Of a DNA stretch of 64,000 nucleotides, positions 25,079 through 34,113 are shown one piece after another; the first letter of the stretch is position 1; every line of letters starts with the position of its first letter. This stretch comes from a virus. Its lineage: Duplodnaviria; Caudoviricetes. Where the stretch lies: the IMG/VR virus record IMGVR_UViG_3300032218_001677, positions 1-64,000 of that record; one strand, given 5' to 3'. A program made the translations under genes and the position numbers. The notes below the pieces were generated by a model, which worked only from the letters and a program-made list of their open reading frames with translations, searched no databases and had not been told where the DNA came from.

Positions 25079-26143
25079 CTACAAATTTTTGATTAAATCT
25101 GTAAGTCTTTCCAATCCTATGTTTATGTCTCTTGAAGCAATTTGCTCACGCATAGGTTTCCCTAGTTCTTCTCGAACTTTTGGATCACATAATTTTTTTA
25201 TTGATTTAATCCAATCCATAGGATTTTTAGCTATTACACCTACACCCAAAGTCTTATATAAGTTTACGTAAGAGTCCAGGTCTTGTGCAATAAATGGAAT
25301 TCCTGAAGCAGCATATTCCAATCCTTTAATATCAGATTTGGCCATATTAAAAGGTGTTTTATTTAGAGGCACTATTCCAATATCCATTGTCAGTAAACTA
25401 GGGTAATCCTCTGCATGTGCCATCGGCTTAGTATCCACCATTGAGTGCTCTACACCTAGTCTGCTGGCAAAGGAAGGTGCAGATAAGTGGTCACCCCCGT
25501 GATAAAGACTGACCTTACCAGCATTAACTAATGGTGGCAATATCCCCTTTAAAGTTTCAATATCTTTACTTCTATGTGCTGTTGACCCTACCCACCCAAC
25601 TACTGGAGTGACTGTATCACTGTAGGTCACTTGGTTAAACCTATGAATGTCTACCGTGTTTTCTATTACATGAATTGGGCATCTGACAAACTTAGATATT
25701 CTGTCCCTAATGTAGGGGGTACTTACTGTGACAATATCAGATTTTGACAAAATTGTTTTATAAAAGTTTGTATTTTCAACTTTATTAAACTGTGGGTGAT
25801 TGTGGTTGAATGCCATATTTGAAGTGTCTAGACCCCAATACCAATCGTCAAGATCATTGATAATTTTTTGGCCATTTGCTCTAGCCATTGGGACGTGTTT
25901 AGTGAGGCCTTCATGCATTAATCGTTGCATATACACAACGTCAACTTCACTGACCTCACCATCAACTGAAATAATGACAAATCTGTCATGCATCCAAGTG
26001 AGTACACCAACACTTACATCAAATGGAAGTGTTGAAACGTACTGACCCAACCGGGCCCATCCGCTTCCTCCCCATTTGGCTTCATCTAAACCTGTTTTGT
26101 TTGGGTGTAACCAGTCACCCGATGCTATGCCTAGACGAAGCAC
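25079..26143 (-). CDS. Glycosyltransferase, GT-B fold (GT4-like)
   Basis: VVGWVGS..H, DIGIVPL...FNMAKSDIKGLEYAASGIPFIA. Confidence 0.88.
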   Translation of the reverse strand: MLRLGIASGDWLHPNKTGLDEAKWGGSGWARLGQYVSTLPFDVSVGVLTWMHDRFVIISVDGEVSEVDVVYMQRLMHEGLTKHVPMARANGQKIINDLDDWYWGLDTSNMAFNHNHPQFNKVENTNFYKTILSKSDIVTVSTPYIRDRISKFVRCPIHVIENTVDIHRFNQVTYSDTVTPVVGWVGSTAHRSKDIETLKGILPPLVNAGKVSLYHGGDHLSAPSFASRLGVEHSMVDTKPMAHAEDYPSLLTMDIGIVPLNKTPFNMAKSDIKGLEYAASGIPFIAQDLDSYVNLYKTLGVGVIAKNPMDWIKSIKKLCDPKVREELGKPMREQIASRDINIGLERLTDLIKNL

Positions 26144-26300
26144 GTGAACTCCCTCTATATTCCATTTTGTGAACCTTCTTACCTACACCACAATGGTGAG
26201 TGGGGTGCTCGTTCAAAGGAACAAACACCTCCACTCCCTCATTGCATTTTGGGCATGCATAATACCCTTTGGGGTATTGTGCTCTCTCTGTATCAGACAT
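26115..26300 (-). CDS. Small Zn-ribbon protein
   Basis: YACPKC...HHCG; start estimated at MSDTE. Confidence 0.5.
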   Translation of the reverse strand: MSDTERAQYPKGYYACPKCNEGVEVFVPLNEHPTHHCGVGKKVHKMEYRGSSRASSRHSIG

Positions 26301-26320
26301 GAGAAACATTGTACTACTCA

Positions 26321-26560
26321 TCAGACTGATTTGCGGCGCTTCCAAGTGATAGCAAAGAACTTAATATCCATTGCGTTCCATAATGGGGTAGCGGCCAAGG
26401 TTGTGATTGGCTTGGGAAAGTCAGCTCGCTTGCGAAGAGCATGAATCTGTTGCTTTGGGCAACTTAGGATCTCTGCTACTTCTGATGTTCCAACAATGTC
26501 ATTAATTTTAATAAGCAACATATCGGAATCTAATTGAACTGTTATGGTGTTTTCATTCAT
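26321..26560 (-). CDS. AlpA/excisionase-like HTH protein
   Basis: VGTSEVAEILSCPKQQIHALRKRADFPKPI...TPLWN. Confidence 0.7.
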   Translation of the reverse strand: MNENTITVQLDSDMLLIKINDIVGTSEVAEILSCPKQQIHALRKRADFPKPITTLAATPLWNAMDIKFFAITWKRRKSV

Positions 26561-26643
26561 GTTGTGCTCCTTGTGTAGTGCCCATACCGGGCTTTATTTA
26601 TATATTACAACACATTATTAACAATTACAACTACCGTTGTATA

Positions 26644-27189
26644 CTATTTGCACTTACGTGTCCACGGAATAAACCCGCAACCTTTGTGGGCATCAAACCA
26701 ACGGTATATTTCCCAACCCATTTTAAAGTTGGTCAATGGATCATCAATCATTGTCCAATCACCAAATAGGTCTTCAACTTCATTTTTCCAAACAAAGTTA
26801 ATTTGTAATGGCCCATGGTCTGAACCATTGAATTGTGGGTGTCCTGGAATTACGTTTTGGCAACGACTTTCTGACCAGGCTTCTTCAAGAACATCTACTA
26901 AAAGTTCTTGTGGCCAACCAGCTTGCAAAGCAATGGGAGCCAACTCTTCACATTTTGAACCAACTGGAACCAACGTAGTGGTTGTTGTGGTCTCGGGAAT
27001 TGTGGTTGTCGTTTCAGGAACGACAATTGTTGTAGTTGTTTCTGGGATGGTGACCACAACAGTAGTTGTGATCGGGGTTTCTTGGATTTTTACTTTCTGT
27101 GATTCTGTACCTTTGGCCAGTGGTGCGACGATTGCGATACTTGCGGCTAGTGCTACGAGTATCACTGGTTTAGAGTATTTAATTTTCAA
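26644..27189 (-). CDS. Secreted lytic transglycosylase (SLT/lysozyme-like) with Thr-rich stalk
   Basis: Signal/TM segment, PETTTT repeats, AWSESRC...DHGPLQIN...W..W; TTG start. Confidence 0.75.
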   Translation of the reverse strand: MKIKYSKPVILVALAASIAIVAPLAKGTESQKVKIQETPITTTVVVTIPETTTTIVVPETTTTIPETTTTTTLVPVGSKCEELAPIALQAGWPQELLVDVLEEAWSESRCQNVIPGHPQFNGSDHGPLQINFVWKNEVEDLFGDWTMIDDPLTNFKMGWEIYRWFDAHKGCGFIPWTRKCK

Positions 27190-27212
27190 AAGCTAGCTCC
27201 TTGATAGGGGAT

Positions 27213-27249
27213 AAAAACAATGCCCAGCCTGAACTGTATTGGCTGGGCA
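27213..27249 (-). terminator. Terminator-like hairpin downstream of the second whiB
   Basis: TGCCCAGCC/GGCTGGGCA 9-bp stem followed by TTGTTTTT on the minus strand. Confidence 0.6.
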
Positions 27250-27287
27250 CTATCTATATTACCAAAGTGTTACGAGTACTAGCTACA

Positions 27288-27671
27288 TCACATGCTAGAA
27301 AGTTTAAAAACTAAAGATTCTATGTCAAAATCTTGCCCTCTAGCAGGGAAAATGTCCCGTGTGACATGTTTCCTAACTACTACAGAAGCTTCTCGGCACT
27401 TAGGGCATCTACATCCTGAGCGGTACATTTCAAGAGATCCGTGGTGCATTCTTGCTGTACCACGTCTCTCTTGTGGTGTCAAGCCACCCCACAAACCCCA
27501 GTGTTCTTCAATACCATAATCAAGACATTCTTGCCAAACCGGGCAAGTATTGCACACTGCTTTACCTGCTTTGTAGTAAGCGTTGTGGTTAGTCTCTTCT
27601 AACGGAGGGAAAAACAAGTTTGGGTGTAATCCCTTGCATGGGGATTCATCCATCCAAGGTTTAGAAGTCAT
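27288..27671 (-). CDS. whiB: WhiB-family regulator with C-terminal Cys/His extension
   Basis: WMDESPC...FFP...GKAVCNTCPVWQECL...WGLWGG plus HHG...YRSGCRCPKC. Confidence 0.88.
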   Translation of the reverse strand: MTSKPWMDESPCKGLHPNLFFPPLEETNHNAYYKAGKAVCNTCPVWQECLDYGIEEHWGLWGGLTPQERRGTARMHHGSLEMYRSGCRCPKCREASVVVRKHVTRDIFPARGQDFDIESLVFKLSSM

Positions 27672-27985
27672 TCAGCTTCCCGACGAAATAAACACAACGC
27701 AATTATTGCATATGTAGCAATATCCAAAAGGCTGTCCTCAACACCTTCATTTTGAAGGGTTGAACCTTTGGCATATGATTGTAGTCTTACAACTTTGTCA
27801 TTTGCTCTGACCATGGCACCCACCCATGGTGGGATACCCCATTCTTGAGAAGCACTAACGTTGGCAAAGAAGTCCTCATCTGTTCCGTAATCTGCACCCT
27901 TACGGCGATGCATTTCCATAACTTCATAAAGAGCCTTTTCAAATTCCGGATCACCAGTCATGGTACACAGCTCCTTCAAATTCAT
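27668..27985 (-). CDS. DUF1599 / nucleotide-modification-associated domain protein
   Basis: RKGADYG...RANDKVVRL...EGVEDSLLDIATYAII. Confidence 0.7.
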   Translation of the reverse strand: MNLKELCTMTGDPEFEKALYEVMEMHRRKGADYGTDEDFFANVSASQEWGIPPWVGAMVRANDKVVRLQSYAKGSTLQNEGVEDSLLDIATYAIIALCLFRREAE

Positions 27986-28150
27986 CTAAAAGTCTCCCTC
28001 CAATTAATGGGCTCGTAGTTAGAAATGTAAAGAAACTCCAAGTAACTAAAAATGGCCAATCTATTCCGTTACTAGAGATAAGGTTAGTAAGTGTAGCTAT
28101 GGTTGAAATTACAAGGGCCATAAAAACACGACGTCTAGTTTGATATACGG

Positions 28151-28450
28151 TCATTCTGAATCTTCTTGTGAAGAAAACAAAAGTACGTTATATACTTCGT
28201 TGGTTAGCCATTCAGCTGCCTTGCGAAGGCCTTCTTCTGAAGAAATGTCCCAATTGACCCAAAGGGTACAACCTTTAGTTGAAAGGTATTCCATTACTTC
28301 TTCTACCCCAACTACAGTTGTCTCAATTGTTGCACCATTTACCATGCTTCCACCAGAGATATTTCCCGATTGGTAAGCATTTTTCCCAACAACAACGTTG
28401 TTGTTACTAGGGGTAACTTGCTTATTGTCTCTCCACCATGTCTTTGTCAT
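28151..28450 (-). CDS. Hypothetical protein
   Basis: RBS AAGGAGG. Confidence 0.6.
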   Translation of the reverse strand: MTKTWWRDNKQVTPSNNNVVVGKNAYQSGNISGGSMVNGATIETTVVGVEEVMEYLSTKGCTLWVNWDISSEEGLRKAAEWLTNEVYNVLLFSSQEDSE

Positions 28451-28490
28451 GATTCCTCCTTGTTGTGTTACTTGTATTCTACTGACTATC

Positions 28491-29918
28491 TTAACTTAAA
28501 TCAATTACATCTTGAATAAACTGGTCAGTTTGATTTGGGCCCAATCCTCCACTAGGAAGTTGTCTGGCTGTTTCTCCAGCTTTGCTACCAAACAATCTAG
28601 AAAGTACCCCTGCGTTACCTCTTGCTTCCACTTCAATACGCATAAGATCACGGGTGTCAGAGATATTCTTGAACTTGTCAATGAGGGAGAATAACCTATC
28701 CATCTCTGATGACAAGGCTGGGTCAAGACCTTGGCCTTCCAGTTCTTCGGCAAATCTTGCAAACAAAACTCGGCTAGCTTGCATCTCAATCATTGCCTGC
28801 AACACGGCATTTAACTGATCTTTAGAACGTATTTCTACAGGTAGTTTAAACCCACAATCTGAATGTTCCTTGAATGCAGGACAACGTGATGCAAGATAGC
28901 AACTATCGCATTGTCGCAAAGGGCCACTTTGGTACCTAATGACAGGGGTCTCTGTAGGGGCAATTTCTATGTGTTCTCCCTGCTCAGAACCACTTTGTGT
29001 ACCCATTGAGATGATGTGTTCTATGCCCATGACCGGTAGCAATAGACGCTCACTTTCGTGCCGCTTCTCTAGGTGGGAGATAGCAATATTACCCCCCTTG
29101 GAAACCGGTTTATCTGCATTAGGTGACATAGGGGGTATATCAACTATACCCCCCTCTTCTACCTCTCCAAACTCGGACTCATCATCAGTAACTTGGGGGT
29201 CATAGCCCAAAAACGTGGACTGTTCCCAAGCCTTCCAAGACTTGATTGCAAGTGACCCAACCGCTGTCACATTATCTTCTAAGATTGCTTCGTAATCAAT
29301 ACCTAATCTTAAAATGTCTGCTCTGTGCTTCTTGCGAGAAGATTCTTTCTGCTGCGCAGGGTATCTGTGAAGACCATGCCCGTCCCATACTTGGGTCTCA
29401 CCATAGCGTATGGATGAGGTCCATGACCCCACCACAACAGCTTCCCAAGGTAATGCTTGGATAACGTCAGGTTTACTTGTTAAACCATAAAGCTTTGCTC
29501 CCCAACGCTGCGAGAGGGACCGGATACGCGGAAGTGTTTTAGAGTTTATAGCCTTGTCTGATATGGCAGCTCTACCATAACGTTGACATAACCATGCCAA
29601 TCTTTCTAAATCGTCGTCATCTGACCATACCGGGACATACTTGTCTCCAAGCCAGTCGCCATCCATATCGGGGCGGCCAATAACAACAGATAGAGAGTCA
29701 GCATGGTCTCTTACGAAGGTTTCGTACTTATTGAGGTCTTCATCCCCCTCTGACGTGTACACCAGTATTTCAGCAGAGGCAAATACTTCTTCAGGGTTAA
29801 ACTCTTTGCGCTTTGGAATAGGCAAATGGGTCACATTCACAGCTACTCTTGTTATTTCATTAGCTATGAGTAGGTTTCTATGAGTGCCCTTTTCAGCACC
29901 ACCAAAGAATATGTGCAT
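28491..29918 (-). CDS. Hypothetical protein: alpha/beta N-terminal domain, CxxC-x5-C-x8-C cluster, helical C-terminus
   Basis: 475-aa ORF; CDSCYLASRCPAFKEHSDC. Confidence 0.7.
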   Translation of the reverse strand: MHIFFGGAEKGTHRNLLIANEITRVAVNVTHLPIPKRKEFNPEEVFASAEILVYTSEGDEDLNKYETFVRDHADSLSVVIGRPDMDGDWLGDKYVPVWSDDDDLERLAWLCQRYGRAAISDKAINSKTLPRIRSLSQRWGAKLYGLTSKPDVIQALPWEAVVVGSWTSSIRYGETQVWDGHGLHRYPAQQKESSRKKHRADILRLGIDYEAILEDNVTAVGSLAIKSWKAWEQSTFLGYDPQVTDDESEFGEVEEGGIVDIPPMSPNADKPVSKGGNIAISHLEKRHESERLLLPVMGIEHIISMGTQSGSEQGEHIEIAPTETPVIRYQSGPLRQCDSCYLASRCPAFKEHSDCGFKLPVEIRSKDQLNAVLQAMIEMQASRVLFARFAEELEGQGLDPALSSEMDRLFSLIDKFKNISDTRDLMRIEVEARGNAGVLSRLFGSKAGETARQLPSGGLGPNQTDQFIQDVIDLS

Positions 29919-30388
29919 TACTCTCTCCAGGTCTTTTCCGCGGCTTTTAACGCTTGATTATCCATTTCCTCAACTAAGGAACCCCATTCTCTTATTACCT
30001 TCATGTTGGACCATTCTGGGCGCACCAGGTATGGAGAAGCTATTAAAAGAGTAGGCATTCCTAATTTAAGGGTTTCTGCACAAGTTCTAGGGTCGTTGTC
30101 TACATACCATTCGGGCTTGCCAAATACCGCTCCAATGCGGTGTACCTTTTCTGCACGTAAAACAGGGTCAGGTTCATCTAGCATCTCATAAAATGAAGGT
30201 TTTATTCCTTCTTTTTTAAGCCAATCTTCGATGATCATTTTGCTATAGTCTTCGTTGACTACTAAGCATATACGACCAATGGACTGGTCATGCATCATGC
30301 GCCAAATATACAGCCCTTGTGGGTCTGGCTGGCGTAATGCTATGGAGTCTGCTGGACGAGCCAATACAGAAAAGTTAAAGAGTATCAC
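29918..30388 (-). CDS. Degenerate HAD-like protein
   Basis: ILFNFSVLA in place of DxD motif I; WYVDND motif IV-like. Confidence 0.45.
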   Translation of the reverse strand: MILFNFSVLARPADSIALRQPDPQGLYIWRMMHDQSIGRICLVVNEDYSKMIIEDWLKKEGIKPSFYEMLDEPDPVLRAEKVHRIGAVFGKPEWYVDNDPRTCAETLKLGMPTLLIASPYLVRPEWSNMKVIREWGSLVEEMDNQALKAAEKTWRE

Positions 30389-30843
30389 TAGTCATACATC
30401 TTTTTAGCAATACGATTCTTGTGAGTTACAAACTCTTGTGCTGGGCAGTAGTGGCAAAGGTATTGTCGGTTTTCTCTAGGAACACCAATCTTGCGGCCAA
30501 TGGTCTTACTCTCGTCTTCATAGTCAATACACATACCTGATGGTCGATTATGCCTACTAAAACACTTAAGAGCTTCAACTTTTAGGTCATCTTTTAGTTC
30601 ACGAACTTCCCATTCATTCTTAGCAAGTTCTTTTTTGATTTGTGTCTCATCACCAAGCTTTTCCCAGGTGTTCTGATCACACCTAATGATGAGAGACTTA
30701 TGGGCGTCTGGATCAGGGTTTGCGGCCTGACCAAGATGCCTATTGCATAGTTCAATAAGTTCCATGTCGTATTGAACAGGACCTTCATAATCCTTCATTC
30801 TGTACATGGTTCCACAGGTTTGACACGTCAAAAGACGGGGCAT
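30388..30843 (-). CDS. Cys-rich hypothetical protein
   Basis: CQTC, HYCPA and LCHYC motifs. Confidence 0.65.
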   Translation of the reverse strand: MPRLLTCQTCGTMYRMKDYEGPVQYDMELIELCNRHLGQAANPDPDAHKSLIIRCDQNTWEKLGDETQIKKELAKNEWEVRELKDDLKVEALKCFSRHNRPSGMCIDYEDESKTIGRKIGVPRENRQYLCHYCPAQEFVTHKNRIAKKMYD

Positions 30844-30869
30844 GTTGTACTCCTAGTTGTTTATACTAC

Positions 30870-31091
30870 TCAGTCGTCTGCGTAGCCGTATTCATAATCG
30901 TTATCCGATTTTACATTAACTCCACGCTTCTTGTCAACGATATTGTACTGCGTTTGAAGCATTTTTGCTCGGTCAAATGCATGACTCTCTTCAAGAACAC
31001 CACCACGATCTGGGGCAATGCTCTTCATTGTACCGTCATCTTCTCCAAGCTTACGGTCACCATTCATTGATCTTGATGTATTAACTGCCAT
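30870..31091 (-). CDS. Small hypothetical protein
   Basis: RBS AAGGAG. Confidence 0.6.
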   Translation of the reverse strand: MAVNTSRSMNGDRKLGEDDGTMKSIAPDRGGVLEESHAFDRAKMLQTQYNIVDKKRGVNVKSDNDYEYGYADD

Positions 31092-31109
31092 TTGGGGGCT
31101 CCTTATCTA

Positions 31110-33008
31110 TCAGTAGTTATAATCTTGCGGACGACCATAGTCGTCACTCTCAACACCAAATCTTCGACTTGCCTCAACACCTTGGGAAGGGTAAGCTTGT
31201 CCGGGTCTAGGGTGACGTGAGGGACCTACATAAGGGCTTGAACCCGCAGGAAGTGGTGGTCTAGGGTGACGTGAAGGGCCTACATAAGGTGTTCTTGGTC
31301 CACCGGGTCTAGGGTGACGTGAGGGGGCAGTTTGTGGACCACTTGCGTCATAGTCTTCGCCCATACCCTCATACTGTGGTGGCATTCCACCATTAGGAAC
31401 AGAACCTTGCATAGGAACACCCATGCCCATATCACCAAAACGTGTAGTTTGTGGTGCACCTCTGGTTGGTCCACGTCCACCAAAAGCACCATTCATGGGG
31501 TGACCATAGGTACCTCTTGGGTTTACCTGCTGAATAGGTGCACTAGCAGGACTATCTCCTGCACCAATTTCACCCATAACTCTAGAACCAGGTCCAATTC
31601 CTCTTGGTCCGGGACCTATTTCACCCATTACTTGTGGTCCTGCCGGTAAACCACGATCTGGAGTACGTGTGTACTCTGCTCCTGGACCATAGTTAATTGG
31701 CCCACCACCAGGTGCGGTCATTACACGGTCAGCAGCTTTGTTCCACATTCTTCCAAAGAAACCGGGGCCTTTTGGGGCACCTGTAGAGTTATCCACAGTA
31801 GGAGGTGCTCCAGTGGTGGGAGTTTGCCCAGTACCTGCAGGTACACCACCACGGAACTTCTCTATGTCAGTCCCTGAAGGGGTTGTTGGAAGGCCAGTCG
31901 TAGGAGTTCCTTCAGTTGAAGTACCTTCAATTGCATCAGGAAACTTTTTAGCAAGAGAACCCTCATCTCCTTGTTCCCAAGAAGGACCCTGCCCACCTAC
32001 TCTGCGCTTACCTGGCATTGGATAAGGTTGTTCAGCTTGCCCTGGTGTACCAGTACGTCGTGTCTTCTTTACAACACGTCCTGAACCACCACCAAAGTTA
32101 TCTCCTTGATCAGGAGGAGTCATGGATGACCCTGGTGTTGAGCCAGTTGGAGGGGTTGAACCAGTGCCGGTCGCATCATAGTCCCCACCCATACCTTCGT
32201 ATTGACTAGGCATTCCACCAGTGTTTGAACCGGGCTCACCCTTTCTGGGTAGACCCATGTCTCTTTCACCCATATCTACGGGTTTAAACTTTTGTTTCTT
32301 TTTATCATCTTTAGGTTTATCGGCTTTAGGAGTTTGATCACCACCACCATTCCATGCTGGGTGATTGGGGTCAAACATAAACTGGTTATGGGTCTGCCTT
32401 GAGTTGGCACCACCAATTTGCTGTACGCCACCGTTGTTAGTGGCGCCAAAGCCAACTGACTTATCTGCACTAATGTCTCCACCTGCATTGATAGTTGCAC
32501 CACCAGATTGATTACCAGACTGTTTTGCGTTCATTCCAACTTTTACGTTGTTATTAGATGCTATTGCCATGGCTCCATCACTTCCTTGATCACCTGATGT
32601 ACCTCCACCAGTTTTTGAATTCTTATCTTTTTTATTTTTGTTTTTTAAAGGACCAGCAGCACCCACAAACCTTTTTAAGGTGTTTTCTTCACTAGACCCA
32701 GTTACTCCATATCTAGTACTATTATAGCTTGCACCACTACCAGGCACTTTTACAGTACCACTAACACCACTAGCATTATAAGTGGATGTATTACCACCTA
32801 AACGTCCGCTTACATCTCTGGAGTAAGTAGTTTGAAAACCTGGAGTGGTTGGGTTGCTACCTTCTGTTCTACCAGAACCATTAGCATATGCTTGACGCAG
32901 TTGCCAAGAGCCTGGAAGGATACCTTTATTTTGCAGATTTTGAGTGTAAAAGTCATGTGAAGGTGCTTTACCTTCGTCTTGAGTATAGAAATCTCCGTTA
33001 AAAGGCAT
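31110..33008 (-). CDS. Gly/Pro-rich, largely disordered protein with internal repeats
   Basis: Repeats GGMPxQYEGMGxDYDA x2, PSRHPRP x3, VMGEIG x2. Confidence 0.75.
   Translation of the reverse strand: MPFNGDFYTQDEGKAPSHDFYTQNLQNKGILPGSWQLRQAYANGSGRTEGSNPTTPGFQTTYSRDVSGRLGGNTSTYNASGVSGTVKVPGSGASYNSTRYGVTGSSEENTLKRFVGAAGPLKNKNKKDKNSKTGGGTSGDQGSDGAMAIASNNNVKVGMNAKQSGNQSGGATINAGGDISADKSVGFGATNNGGVQQIGGANSRQTHNQFMFDPNHPAWNGGGDQTPKADKPKDDKKKQKFKPVDMGERDMGLPRKGEPGSNTGGMPSQYEGMGGDYDATGTGSTPPTGSTPGSSMTPPDQGDNFGGGSGRVVKKTRRTGTPGQAEQPYPMPGKRRVGGQGPSWEQGDEGSLAKKFPDAIEGTSTEGTPTTGLPTTPSGTDIEKFRGGVPAGTGQTPTTGAPPTVDNSTGAPKGPGFFGRMWNKAADRVMTAPGGGPINYGPGAEYTRTPDRGLPAGPQVMGEIGPGPRGIGPGSRVMGEIGAGDSPASAPIQQVNPRGTYGHPMNGAFGGRGPTRGAPQTTRFGDMGMGVPMQGSVPNGGMPPQYEGMGEDYDASGPQTAPSRHPRPGGPRTPYVGPSRHPRPPLPAGSSPYVGPSRHPRPGQAYPSQGVEASRRFGVESDDYGRPQDYNY
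31204..31322. repeat. Three 17-bp direct repeats ggtctagggtgacgtga (coding)
   Basis: Starts at 31204, 31258 and 31306; spacings 54 and 48 are in frame and encode SRHPRP. Confidence 0.8.
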
Positions 33009-33009
33009 A

Positions 33010-33303
33010 CTATACGTTCCCTAATGAGTTCATTGAGTACCTTCCGGTACCTTCAAATTCTCCGGTATTCATCTCTGGCATAACTGGCATACCTGAAACC
33101 CATGAACGATTATTTACACCATAACGACTCATACTAAAGATATCCATAAGAGTAGGTGACTGCTTCATAAACCCACGGGTTTGTGGAAATAACTGTTGAG
33201 GAACAGTGGGGCGGATTGCACGTATGGTATCGGGGTCACTAATGGCGGCTTGTAAAGCCTGATCCACTAAAAACTCTTGACGTGACTGCCATGGACGTGC
33301 CAC
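33010..33303 (-). CDS. Hypothetical protein
   Basis: Coupled to neighbours; RBS GGAGG. Confidence 0.65.
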   Translation of the reverse strand: MARPWQSRQEFLVDQALQAAISDPDTIRAIRPTVPQQLFPQTRGFMKQSPTLMDIFSMSRYGVNNRSWVSGMPVMPEMNTGEFEGTGRYSMNSLGNV

Positions 33304-33509
33304 TATTCCTCCGTTTGAGTCTTGAGAACTGGACGCTGTGTGGGTTGGTTACCAAACTTACTGTGGACAACATCTTTGATTGCTTCACCTACTGCTTTGA
33401 AGTCATCACTGATTTCATCAGCAGGGGTAGCTTTAAGGCGTGGACGAACATGAGGGTTGTCCCCACGACCTGCGTCTGCTCCACCTCTGGTGGTCCCAAC
33501 AATTGCCAT
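33303..33509 (-). CDS. Small hypothetical protein (MAIVGTTRGG start)
   Basis: 68-aa ORF packed between neighbours. Confidence 0.55.
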   Translation of the reverse strand: MAIVGTTRGGADAGRGDNPHVRPRLKATPADEISDDFKAVGEAIKDVVHSKFGNQPTQRPVLKTQTEE

Positions 33510-33510
33510 T

Positions 33511-33777
33511 TTAATAACTTATGCCGAGGTTGTTAGTTTGTGGCTCAGGATCTTTATTGTTTCTTTCAGGTTTAACATTAAGTGCAGTACTATCCCATCT
33601 AGGTTGATCTAACGGGGGCTTATTATGTGAAGCGGGTGCTTTATTGGGATCGTTAGGATCATCGGGAGGTCCTTTTCCACCACCAGCAGCTGCGACTTGG
33701 GGGTGTGGAAAATCCTGACGACCTGTGGCAGCATGGGTGCCACCAGAGCCACCTCGCATAGTGTCTTTAATTCCCAT
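33511..33777 (-). CDS. Small disordered hypothetical protein (MGIKDTMRGG start)
   Basis: RBS AAGGAG. Confidence 0.6.
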   Translation of the reverse strand: MGIKDTMRGGSGGTHAATGRQDFPHPQVAAAGGGKGPPDDPNDPNKAPASHNKPPLDQPRWDSTALNVKPERNNKDPEPQTNNLGISY

Positions 33778-34113
33778 AACTTACTCCTTAAATTTAGTAG
33801 GCTTAACCTGTGTAGTCTTTATAGCTTCTTCGGTTACCTAACTTGTTTCTCATTTTTTCAGCTGCAGCAATTACATCTTTGTATTGCTCTCTGAGTTTTG
33901 CATGACTCTTACGTGCTTCTTCTAGTGTTAATCCTGGATTCATATTGATATCTCCTTATTGTTTTCAGTGTTATTAAGTGCTTTTAGGCGCTCAACTTCT
34001 TTTTCAAGTTCTTCAGTACTCAATTTTTCAACGTAAATCTTATGCCAAGCTTCTGCAATAGATACAAAATTCTGCAACAACATTGTATTCTCCTCTGTTT
34101 GTATACAAGTTTA

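Noticed and set aside
31204-31322. Three 17-bp direct repeats resembling a mini CRISPR array
   Set aside because: Spacings (54, 48) are multiples of three, the intervening sequences are partly similar, and the repeats encode SRHPRP within a long ORF; no cas operon
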